In this document: positions 39,501-50,725 of the stretch, piece after piece
How the letters are laid out: each line of letters opens with the position of its first letter
How positions within the stretch are numbered: the stretch's first letter is position 1
Origin: Octopus sinensis
Taxonomy: Eukaryota
NCBI RefSeq assembly: GCF_006345805.1
Contig: NC_042999.1
Span: forward strand, 126,666,001 to 126,730,000
DNA: 64,000 nt
Direction of reading: 5' to 3'
Notes under the pieces: generated by a model
Seen by the model: only the letters and a program-made list of their open reading frames with translations
The model's database searches: none
What the model was told of the DNA's origin: nothing
Translations under genes and position numbers: made by a program

Positions 39501-42500
39501 ATAAAGCCAAAAAATTTGGAAGGAACAGAAGAAAGAAAAATGTTACATAAGGGATAGTGAATAAATGTTTTTCTTTAAACATTTCCTAGATTCTATCTAC
39601 AAGTGTTAGTGAGAAGATTTTAGTTCTCTATTCCAAATACAATATCATTTTTCTACATTTTTTTTATTGTAGTTATTTTACATATATTCTTTTTTTTTAC
39701 CATACTCGCATGGATTGGATGGCTTTTGTTTGAGCAATTAAAAAAAAAAATTTTTTCACAGTTGAATGCCATTGCTACTACTAACCAGTCAACTGTCAAG
39801 TAAGGTAAAATCAATTTTTGTTAAGTAAAGCAAACTGAAATAGAGTTATATGCCTTGCTCAAAGTATGCCACAATAGCTATAGTGATGATCTCCAAATTC
39901 TGTGGTCAGAAATCCAGCTCACAAACCTGGAGTCATAGCGCAGTTTATTCAAGAAATAAATGTAAATTGATGTAAGACTAAAATTTATTATAAGATCACA
40001 TTCTAACCTGATGGATGTCGAGGCATTGCCAACTGAGAGCATTTACAGATATTAAATCAGGATCAGCCCAGACATCTTCGCTGTCAGACACAATGCCACA
40101 TGTCAAGTTGAAACGAATCACTTTTATCATTCCATCAGAATAGCCCACAGCTAATATCATATCTGAAATTATTAAAATAATGGTCAATGCAATCAGCAAA
40201 CAACAACCTTCAAATACAAAAATCAAATGTATAAGCAACAACAACAGCAAGACTGACATCTTACCTATGTACGCTTTAGTAATTATTTCCTCTACATATG
40301 TTATATACACTCTAACTTTCAAACAAATCAATGATGTCACAAGCCAGCTTCCAAATGGTCACTTGACTGCTAGAATTAGTTGCCAAATCTCCCTCAAAGC
40401 AGACAATGCTGTCTTAGTGAAAAGAACACATTGGATAATATGCATGCTGCTCTGCTGTGTTCTGTATTGCTTTACAATGAATAACTAAAAGGAATGCATT
40501 AGTGTTTAAACAACCCTGATTATGTAAGATGCTATGGATTCACATGTGTCATAATGATGTGTACAGAAAAGTAGAAGCAGTTAAGAAAGATTGACATTAC
40601 CAGAAGGTGATAATGGTTATGTCAAGCCACAGTATAAAGAAATAAGATATCCTTCATGTGGCTATTTAGTGGAAAAAAGGGAAAAGAGATCTACATACAA
40701 CTATGTCAGATTGCATGATGAGGAAAGGTTGAGAGACAGCTGGATTGTAAAATTTCAAGGACATCCAAGTGATAAAGGGCTGAATAAGTTAACGAAACTG
40801 GTTAATAAGATGAAGTAAACCTCCAATGAATAAACAGCTGCAAAACAAATTGCATGAGTATAAACAATTAAAAAATGGTTTCTACACCACAGAGGGATGA
40901 AGGAGTTTTAGACTCTGCATTAGTGCTCGACCTGCTAGAAATAGCAGTCAAAATCTCCTTCATATCATGCCCTACTGTCTTACAAAAAGAAAAATTCACA
41001 AGACAGTGTAGTCCCAAACATATATTAAGGAGGTGGAAAAACTTTGATCATAGGTTGGCTTAATTAGGGCTGACCTAGGTCTATACAACATCAACAACAA
41101 TAGTTCTAGATTACCTTCTTGAGAAGGGCACCATGACATGGAAGTAGGAATGCTGTCATGTATAGAAGCTGTGGTCAAATATACACAGTCCCCACTGAAA
41201 TAAGAAAATGGTAAAATAATGAAAGTATAAATAATTTAACAAATTTAACGAAATATTAAAAAAATCAATTATTACATTAGTAAATTGGTGTGGGTGTCTG
41301 TGTGTGCATAGCATCTTCTATACTAGCTTGTTGCAGCTGAGATTATATATCAAATAACCAAGGTGCCAATTAAAAAGCACTAGTGCTGGTACCACGTGAA
41401 AAGCACTAGTGCTGGTACCATGTGAAAGGCACTGGTGCTGGTACTACGTGAAAAGCACTGGTAATAGTGCCCTGTAAAATGCACTGATGATGGTGCCATA
41501 TAAAATGCACTGGTGCTGGTACCATGTCAGAAAGCACAGGTGATGGTGCTGCGTAAAAAGCACTGGTGATAGTACCATGTAAAAAAGCACAGGTGATGGT
41601 GCCACGTGAAAAGCACCCTGTACACTGTAAAGTGGTTGGCATTTGGAAGAAACCAAGCCAAAATAGACTGGAACCTGGTGCAATCTCTGGCCTTGCTAGT
41701 TCCTGTCAAGCCATCCAACCCTTAGCATGATTATGATGATGATGATGAATATAGGTATGTAAGCAGGTTTGATTTTTCAATAATTATACATTTCACAGGT
41801 ATTTCCCATTCTTTGAAAACCTGTATAATCAGTTACATCTTGCTTGATGGATTAAAGATCCAAGACGGACGTTTTGCCTTGCTGATAGTAATACCAGCAT
41901 CAATCTAATACAAAATATATTCATCATTTCTCCTCTAGCTTCATTCTAAAATGTAGCTCAACTTGAGAGAGGCAGTGATGCAATATGGTATGCTCTAAAA
42001 GAGGAGCATCCAACTATAAAGCAATTGTTCCAACAATATATTCCTTTACTAGTTTTAGTCTATTTGATGGTAATCATCAAGTATTTTAGCCAATCACGTT
42101 AACCCCAGTACTCTGTCTGCTTCTTATTTTATCTATTGAATGGCTAAGTCCATCTTATGTAAAAGCATGTAACTTGGAAATAAATACTGTAAGGTAATTT
42201 TTTTTGCTGTAGTGACTTATTGGCCATTCTTTGCTGACACATATTCAACAGCCATTGCATAGTTTGTTTCCTAAATTTCACTCACCAGGCTTTGGTCAAC
42301 TTAAGGCTCTGGTAGAAAAACACTTAGCCACAACACCATGCAGAGGGATTGAAACCAGAACTATGAGGTTTGCAAAGCTTAACTTCTTAACCACACAGCC
42401 AGTTTTGTAATAATCATTTCATCACATTAATATGGAAAGAAAAAGTTTTAAAAGCTAAAAGCAACATTAACCCTTTAGCATTTAAACTGCCTACACCCAG

Positions 42501-45500
42501 CCAAAATATTCTACTTGTTCTCTGTTCAAACTGACCAGATCTGGCATCTCACACCTACCTTAGAATGTCGTTTTGAACATAAACAATCACATCAATGAAA
42601 TCTCAAGGTTACAAGATAAAGCATGATTAATTCAAAGCATTGTGAATAAATAAGCATTACATTTCACAGAATAATCTGAATGCTAAAAGGTTAAACATAT
42701 ACACAGTTTAGGTAGTAATAATAAATGGAAATGGAAAAAGTCAAGTCAGTTTAATTTACCTGCATATTATAGGAAAGTGGACCTTCCAAAAGACAACATC
42801 CCCGTTTTTCATTGCTGAGGCAAATATGGAATATTTGGATTTTTCAGTGGAACTTTGCATCAGCAGATTCCGATCATCTGGGTGTATTATAGCAGGGAAT
42901 GTCTCATATGTGTTAGACCAGGCCATAGCTAATTAGAAAACAATCAAGTATATTAGGTTTGATGCATAACATAGTAAATTACAACATGATAAAATATATA
43001 ACAGTGAAATTACTTTATTTTTCTACTAATTTCAGCCAAGAATTTAATATAGTAAATAAATCAATTTCCCCATATGAGCATGAGAGCAATAAACTTTCAA
43101 AAATTGCCCTTCTGGCAGCTAAGCAAGAGGTAAAAGTGAAATTTCTTCTAGTTATAAATAAATCTATTAAACAAATATAGGAAAAATTTTGTCATTTTGA
43201 AATGCTTCAAATTAATATTAGGAAATAAATGCAACAACATTAAGACTAAAAATCTACTTGAAAGGCCTGAATATTATTTAGACATTCACAAAATATTTGA
43301 TTTGATAAGAGAGAGCTGGTGGATCTTATTTTCTTGTTTCATTCTTAAAAATAACTTATTTCTAAAATGTCTTCAAACAGATGATTAATTCTTTTGTGAC
43401 TATATTTCTGATGAAAAATACTGTTTAAGTGCTTCTAATAATTTTGAAAATAAGTAAAAATTGTTAGGGATTTAGACAAATATGTAACTTCATTATTTTG
43501 TCATCAATAATCGCAGCAAAATCATCATCATTTAATGTTCGCTTTCCATGCTGGCATGGGTTGGACAGTTTGACGAAGGGCTGGCGAGCCAGAAGGCTGC
43601 CTCAGTCTCCAGTCTGATCTGGCAAAGTTTCTACAGCTGGATGCCCTTCCTAACACCAACCACTCTGAGAGAGTAGTGGGTGCTTTTACGTGCCACTGGC
43701 ACAAGGGCCAGTTAGGTGGTACTGGCATCGGCCATGCTCAGTCATTGGGTATGACTCCTTCATGTATCACCTGGTTGACTATACGGGTGACTAGACTATA
43801 GCCGACACCACCAGATATTTTAAGCATCTCTGTGGTGATTGCTGATGGGCCGAGGGCTTTCCCTGTCTTCATACCTTTAATTGCTTTATCTATTCGGATA
43901 GCTGGTCCCTCTGTTGGGTCAACATTCGGCAAACTCTCTTTCTCCCATTCATTCTCTTCATTTAGTAACCTTTCATAGTGGCGTCTCCAAGTCTCTCTCC
44001 TTGCAGCATCACTAAATGCGAGCGAGCCATCATCCATGCAGAAACATTCCTCTCCTATGATATCATGATTCTCTCTCATACACTGTCTTGTAACACGAAA
44101 CACCTCAAGTCACTGGTCCTCACGATGCAAAACATTGACAAATTTTTTCTTATCTGCTTCCTTCTGGCTAAATAAACCTGTCTCCTAGCTTCCTTTCTGG
44201 CAGTCTGATACAATTCCCTGCTACCACCATTCTTCCAGTCCTTCCACACCTGTCTCTTCTCCCTAATGGCCCTGTCAACTACATTGTTCTACCACCACAT
44301 TACCTTGGGTTGAGAGGGGACTTTGCACCATCCACAGATCTGGTCAGTGGCCCTCAACAGGTTGTCCTGTAGAAACCTCCAGTTGTCTTTCACATCATGT
44401 GATGCTATATTGCTCTCTATTTCGTCAAAAGCTTTGAGTAATATGTCTCTGAATCTCTGTCCATTTGTTGGATCCTTAAGCTTCCAAACCCTTCTCCTCC
44501 ATGCTAGTAGTCTTCTGGGCATCCATTTAGCCATGATCCTAACTACTAATCTATGTTGTGAGGTGCATTCTTCATCTGGGAAGGTTTTGGCATTTATAAG
44601 TAGCCATCTTTCCCGTAGGTGAATAGGTAACTGACAGGTTTCCTGAAGTTAGTGTTACAAACCATAAGATCATTTGCATTGAAGAACTCCAACAGCCTGG
44701 TTCCCTCCTCATTGTGAGAACTAAAACCATAGCCTCCATGTATGCCATGGAAACCTGCATGTTGTCCAACATGCCCATTGAAGTCACCAGTCACAAAGAG
44801 AAGGTCCCTGTCATTCGTCAATGCGGTAGTCTGCAAGTGGGTGTCATGAAATCGGTCTTTCTGTCCATCAGGTAGCCCCGGCTGAGGGGCATAGGCCGAG
44901 ATAATGGTTGCTAACCCATGATGCAGCACTAATCTAATTTTAAGTATTCTATTGCAGACTCTGAGTACCTTGATTACCTTAACCCATTTCTCCGCAAGAA
45001 GTATACCCACACCCCCAACCCCGTCAGTGTTCCTTGCCCAGAAAATCTTACACCTATGTTTTTTGCCTGTGAGGAACCTAGCAGAACCACCTCTCCAATT
45101 TACTTCTTGGATGCAGCACAAATCTACACATCTCTGTTCAAGCATGAACATTTTCACATGAAATATGAACCCTTTAAAACAAAGTGTTTTGTGTCATGGA
45201 ACTGAAAGTAGTCTTATAAAGGTTCGCATCAAAAAATTAAAATAAGCAAAAAAAATCAAAACAAAGATGAAACTAAAATGAGTGACTAAAAGCTTACCAA
45301 CTGCTGCTAGTGCATAGGAGATTGTCTTCAGGTACTCAAAGTTTATCTCCTGTCCTTTTAAATAACTGCTGTTATTCTTTTTCCAAATGTCTTCATACAC
45401 TTTGGAGCAGTCGATGACCTGAAAGTTGAAATTAGAACTTATGTGGAAATTTAAAAGAAAAATCAAGACAATACACTTGAAATAAAGTTCATACTATCTT

Positions 45501-48153
45501 GTTTTATATGTTAATTCACTGACTGACTGGTTATTATCAGCAAGAATATCCTGTTATTAAATCTTCACTTTAATTATGCATGCTTTTATACTTTAGTTAT
45601 TATAACACTTTTGTGGATTTAGTTTGCTGACAACAGACATATTTAACATAAGCAAATTACAATATCTCAACACTTTTTGTGAGTAACTAAGTAGCTTGCC
45701 CATCACATTTAATAGATATTAATTGTAATGAACAAAACATGTACTTACTTTAATCCACACACTTCTGTATCTATCTTCCCGACAGATGGTGAGTCGGTGA
45801 TCAATGGCCAGGCATGCAAGGACACATCTACAGAAGTAGAGAAAATAATATTCACGATAAGTTAAAATGCATTGTCAGAAATCAATGTAAAAAAATAGGA
45901 ATGCAGTAAGTTGCACAATTATATTGTTCAGTCATTGATGTCAGAGACATATTATACCCAACACTTCAGTAATATCTATTGATAAATCCACAGACTTCAA
46001 AAATGTAGGGTGGTGAAATAAACTACATGTGTAAACAATTATCCTTATGCTTATATATAATGTGAAGATCTAAAGTATTAGGACAAGCTTTTACCTGCCA
46101 ACATCATCTGCCCCTTTTGGAGACCAGTTTGCAGACTTATAACCTTGAGGAGGAATGGAATATTGGACTGTGGGGCTAATTGTTCTGTCAATAAGGATGG
46201 AGTTGAATTCCTCTGAAACGAAAAATATTATCACCATCATGAAGAGATTTATTTTTAATACAAGACAAACAAAAGACACTATATATAGATATTTATATTG
46301 CAAGTGATAATCTGGTAATATTAAAACAGGCAATTAACTCTTACTTCATTGCTTTTGATAACATCCATGAGCCATCATTTACTAAATTACGAACTATGCA
46401 AAACAATACTGAAGGTACTATTTTGTTCATTAAGGCAGAATCATTAGATCAGACAAAATGCTTAGTGGCATTTCATCTGCCTTTACCTTCTGAATTCAAG
46501 TCCACCTAGGTCAGATTTGCCTTTCATCCTTTTAGGGTTGATAAAATAAGTACCAGTTGCTCTGAAATTGCTGGCCTTGTGCCAAAATTTTAAACCAATA
46601 TTTTGTTCAGTGAGGATTTCTTGAATGTGCTACAGATGGAATGTATTGTTTTTTTTTGTCAAGTCAGAAGCTCCACAAAGCTAACTTGCTCATGACACTA
46701 TACAATATCAAAAACTGCAGACTACTTTCATATATGTAAGCTGTTCCATAGCAAGATGGAGGAAAACTTCCATTTTGTTATGGAAACTTTCTTATCAATC
46801 CTCAGCCATTACCATTATTTCCATGCTGGCATTGGCTGGATGGCCAGATGCCTCTCCTGATGCTAACTATTTTAGTTGCTTCTTATGACACACAGAGGTA
46901 TGTGTACATATTCTAAAAAGCAGGATACTTACGGTGACTATTTCCCAAGTCATCCTGAAATAACATGCTTACAACCTGAATAAACACATTTATGAGGCAC
47001 GACTAAGTACATAACAGTTGAATAAACTATAATCTATTTATTCATTCATTTATCATATTTAAATGAAGTCAATAGAAAAGTTGCAATATTTAAGTCCAAT
47101 TAACCAACTAAAATAAAGACACAATCAAATGCATAGAAAATTGGTAAATTTTGGAATAGAAGATCAAAACTAATGTATTCACCTCGAGGTAGTCTGTTTT
47201 CAAGTTCTTCAAGATTAAAAATTTCTGTACTGTAAAAGATGTCTGAATGAGGTGAAATCATAGTTCTCCTTGCGAGAAGTGTTCCTCGCAAAAGATGGAA
47301 GTTGGTAGTTAGTTCCTTTCATAGAAAACAAAGCATAGATTTTATTGTAACGTTTACAGAATATTTTATTTATAAATCATGAGATACAATCCCTGAAACA
47401 ATTTTTTGTCAATCAACCAGAAGGAAAAAAATGGTGAGATAAGTATAGTTAATGTGTAATTTGGTTCTTTGCAAGTGAACAGTTGGGGTAAAAATGTACA
47501 CAGTTGTAAAGATGTGAAATTCTTGCAAGGGTTGGGAAAATAGTACATGATCTATAAAGTGAGATGATATGCTTAACAAGAGAAGAGATAAATAAATTGA
47601 ATAAGTTCATATGACAGAAGAATGTAGTTAGTGAGACCAAGAGAATGGAATACTGCAAAAGTTAGAGATATTGAAAATATAATTACATATATAAGTATAG
47701 CTGTGGTTAAATAGTTTGTTTTGCTATTGTGGGGTTCTATGTTCACTCCCACTGTGCAGTACTTTGGGTAACTATCTTGTTACATTGTCTTATGAGTGAA
47801 ATTGTGTGGATTACAATTGCAGAAGCCTGTCAGCCTATACTTTTTAATTCATCACTTGCTTTAACATGACCTTCTGGTCTTTGAGTGCCTTTAGCAGAGT
47901 CCATTCTGTTGCAAGCATTTGAACCATATCTCTAGACTGATGACAAATCCATCTTGACTTCACACAGTTTTTTACTGCAATAACTTTTTTAATGGTTTAG
48001 TTAGATAAAGGGTTTTGTGAGTAGAGGGAGAAAGGGAGGAAGTTATCCTGAAATCTAGGACATGGAAATGAAATATGTTGACGGATTGCATTTACTGGAG
48101 ATATGACACACTGTAGTAATGTTTCCAAAGAATGATCAATCAATCAATCAAAT

Positions 48154-48217
<64 letters not shown>

Positions 48218-50571
48218 ATGGATGGATGAATGGATAGAGAGACAGAGAGAGAGAGTTTAGTGAAAGTAAGGGCTAACTCTGGTATTCATGGTTCAAAGTT
48301 AACTGACAAGATACTGTCAGGACCTGTGATCTTGTTGGTTTGAAGTAATTATAGGTGCTTTGACATTTGTGCAAATGTATGTGGTAGTGATTCTGGTGGA
48401 GTGAGGCTAGTTTTGGAGCTTTACCTAGGGTATGTAATGTGGAGTTGGATGCAAAGAAGACGACAAATGTGTAGGTTTTTCTGTTGAGTTCTTTTGTAGA
48501 GTCAATATAGTTGAGAAATGGAGAGAGTGAGGATTCTGTAAAACTGAAAGAATCCATTTGGCAAATGGCTAAAGGGATTAGCTGCAGTTTAGAAAGTGTG
48601 AGTTCTTGTGGGTTATGTGATGCACAGATGCTTTATCTGAGTTTCAGATGGTGGTCCTGCAGGAGTTAACAGTGTTTAGTAAAAGCTATCCAGTTAGGAG
48701 GGGTAGGATTTTCTCTATGCATTGTGTTTTTTGCCCGAACTGTAATGCGGAGGGATATAACAAAGAGGATGGTTTCAGTCACCCACTTGGCTGTGGAACA
48801 CTTGCGCTACCAAACACAGTTAGTATGGTAGGTTGATGTACCAAAACACTAACTACAAAATACGGATTCCATTCACTTGTTAATGTTTCATGCATTCCCA
48901 GAACGTATCAACACCTAAACAAATTTAAACTTATTGCAATAATAGACTTACGAGTTGTTTCCCTTCAAAAGCAGTCGTATGTATTTTTAAAATGTGACAA
49001 TCGATAAATACTGGCTGTGTGGTAAGAAGCTTGCTTCCCAACCACATGGTTCCGGGTTCAGTCCCACGGCGTGTGACACCTTTGCTAAGTGTTTTCTACT
49101 ATAGCCTCGGGCCAGCCAATGCCTTGTGAGTGGATTTGGTAGACGGAAACTGAAAGAAGCGGATGTGTGTGTCTGTGTTTGTCTCCCACCCTCCACCATC
49201 GCTTGACACCGATGTTGGTATGTTTACGTCCCCGTAGGTTAGTGGTTCGGCAAAAGAATGCATTAAAATAAGTACTAAGCTTACAAAGAATAAGTCCTGG
49301 GGTCGATTTGTTCGACTAAAAGGCGGTGCTCTTGCATGGCCGCAGTCAAATAAGTAAAAGAATAAAATATATAAACAAATTAAAATCCAACTCATTCTCT
49401 TCAAAGTTGGGGTTCACTCAACAAAATTAAAGCCTTTCGTGTGTCATCATGTTTGGAAAAACAATGGTTAATATTAACCAAAACAATTTACGTTGAATGC
49501 TAACATTCTAGAGAAAGACATTGCATTTTCCTTTTAAGAACCCCCCCCCCAAAAAAAAAATATATATTGCTATTTACAATATAAACTACATTGCAAATCC
49601 AGACAGTAAAGCTGTGTAGTCAACAAGCAAGTGTGGTATCATTAAGCAGTGGTAAGAAAGACAAGAGAAATCATCTGAACGGGAAAAAAATTGGATTTAA
49701 ACATATGTTGTGTAATACAACTGGAATATTTAATTATGAAAAACCATTTTCGGTGCCATTTAACAAAGCGGAACCTAAATCTTTCAAATAGCCCAATGCC
49801 ATAAAAAGAATCACTTGTTAATCAGTCTTAAAGTGGGAGGAGTCATTTTCTGCATTAATATTTCATAGCAGGTTATTTTTAAAACTCTTTATTGCTTTTA
49901 TAAAAATTATAAGAATATCATTATTGCTCGTTATATGCCATAATGGATCAGAGATAGAAAATGAAACATTAAAAACTATAACATAAGAAATATTGATTAT
50001 AAAATGAAGCACAAGTAGTATTTTATGCTTTACGTTTGCAATTGGAAATAAAACAAAACAAAAAAAAGAACAAGATATTCTATGCTCAGGAATGAATGAA
50101 AATTAGAATTTTTATAATTATAATTACTAACAAAATATCATGGATATAGCAAGCCTTTTCCACATAACTTTCATTATAAACAGGGAGTTGACATATTTAG
50201 AAAGCAAAATTTAGGTATTATTGAAATTAAATAAAAATTCTGTGCGTGAAGAGGAGCATAGAAATATACTGAGTAATTAAATATTTTCAAGAATATAAAT
50301 TATAAGCTTGGAAAGAGAAAAAAAACAGGTATTTTAAACTAGCATATAAAAATAATATATATTCACAGACGAATTAGTATACCAAGACAGGCATCTCATC
50401 CGATTGGATATGAAGAATAGAATAAAATTGTAAGATTCTTACAATTATGAATACACCATCATCAGCACACATAGCAATCCGATTGTCATCGGACCAAGTT
50501 AGTCCATTTTTACAAGTTACATTAGTTTTAAAAGCCCACACAATAGAAGATCCATCACTTTGCTTCGCCAT
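26543..50571 (-). CDS. GTF3C4: General transcription factor 3C polypeptide 4-like (TFIIIC90), 19 coding exons, 726 aa
   Basis: Exons 5'->3': 50571-50443, 47315-47183, 46212-46095, 45827-45749, 45418-45298, 42928-42760, 41194-41115, 40162-40008, 38545-38425, 37755-37672, 35387-35227, 34691-34628, 33324-33177, 32324-32258, 31252-31090, 29844-29689, 28195-28142, 27254-27159, 26625-26543. All phases join, total 2181 nt. Motifs match remembered GTF3C4: LTWSDDNRI; GYKSANWSPKGADDVGRCVLACLAIDHRL; GVALSPN; C-terminal Cys/His cluster CPIC-x13-CSGNHTFGRC..YRRCSLC..CTFC. AATAAA on - at 26442-26447. Confidence 0.88.
28196..29688 (-). other. U12-type AT-AC intron in the GTF3C4-like gene
   Basis: 5' end ATATCCTTT at 29688, branch site TCCTTAAC at 28211-28204, terminal AC at 28197-28196. 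Removing it restores the frame and the zinc-ligand spacing. Confidence 0.9.
32400..33135 (+). mobile_element. RTE-clade LINE 3' fragment, antisense in a GTF3C4 intron
   Basis: FCYLGDGVN..GCEAAVTARVRLGWVKFR..KGKV*RSCVRAAMLYGSETW; ends in a tgatgaatgatga tail. Confidence 0.85.
36742..36962. mobile_element. Tc1/mariner-type MITE
   Basis: TA-flanked, with inverted CTGAAAAGTT ends; internal sequence similar to 2308-2522 in the opposite orientation. Confidence 0.75.
41365..41615. repeat. Minisatellite, about 26-bp unit, about 9-10 degenerate copies
   Basis: Unit resembles AAAAGCACTGGTGCTGGTACCATGTG; forms the head of a family-4 SINE. Confidence 0.85.
42467..42694. mobile_element. piggyBac-like MITE (TTAA-flanked)
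   Basis: TTAA-CCCTTTAGCATT...AATGCTAAAAGG-TTAA. Related copies at about 8790-8915, 9833-10030, 10795-10920, 20655-20865 and 58675-58870. Confidence 0.8.
43525..43737 (-). mobile_element. SINE with RTE-like tail (family 4)
   Basis: Ends ..ccaacccatgccagcatggaaagcgaacattaaatgatgatg. Other copies at about 1-60, 1090-1300, 7485-7760, 23840-24030, 30495-30640, 41360-41725 and 55675-56050. Confidence 0.75.
43738..45160 (-). mobile_element. RTE-clade LINE fragment: apurinic endonuclease plus start of the RT region
   Basis: ORF-track pieces 44594-45157 (CIQEV.W, GVGILL, ISAYAPQ, GDFNGHVG, LMVCNTNF), 44289-44534 and 43738-44103, separated by frameshifts and stops. Confidence 0.9.
48150..48255. repeat. 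Compound microsatellite (CA)n(TA)n(GGAT)n(GA)n
   Basis: Read directly. Other simple repeats at about 640-670 (TA), 27517-27545 (TA), 31262-31330 (CAA/CCA) and 60930-60970 (CAT/CAC). Confidence 0.95.
49010..49365 (+). mobile_element. tRNA-derived SINE (family 1), near-complete copy
   Basis: A-box-like TGGCTGTGTGG (49012-49022), B-box-like GGTTCAGTCCC (49055-49065), central TG tract. Other copies at about 7225-7480, 7765-7915, 23325-23530, 25597-25990, 42250-42400, 51195-51550, 51805-52350, 54285-54690, 55225-55520 and 63105-63445. Confidence 0.85.
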
Positions 50572-50725
50572 TTTTAACCAACTAAAGATGATTAGAACAA
50601 TATCTCTGATTGGTCCACTTATGCAAGTTAGCCAATAGAACGAGGCGTTTTAGTGAGTAGTTACCGGTGCTTTTACACGTGCTTAATGTTTTGTTTGTGT
50701 CAGTGGAATATATCTAATACATTCT
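50572..50725. promoter_or_regulatory. Bidirectional promoter between GTF3C4-like and METTL18-like
   Basis: 154 bp between divergent ATGs; oppositely oriented CCAAT boxes (ATTGG 50609-50613, CCAAT 50632-50636); CpGs retained locally. Confidence 0.7.

Noticed and set aside
41837-41904. Exon-like 68-nt segment on - within a GTF3C4 intron
   Set aside because: Not phase-symmetric and not needed; the flanking exons already join in frame.
49012-49070. tRNA gene
   Set aside because: A/B boxes continue into a multicopy SINE body; no complete cloverleaf or acceptor stem. The same applies to the other SINE heads.
49010-49365. Autoregulation of GTF3C4 through a B-box SINE in its first intron
   Set aside because: These SINEs occur throughout the window, so the location is expected by chance.
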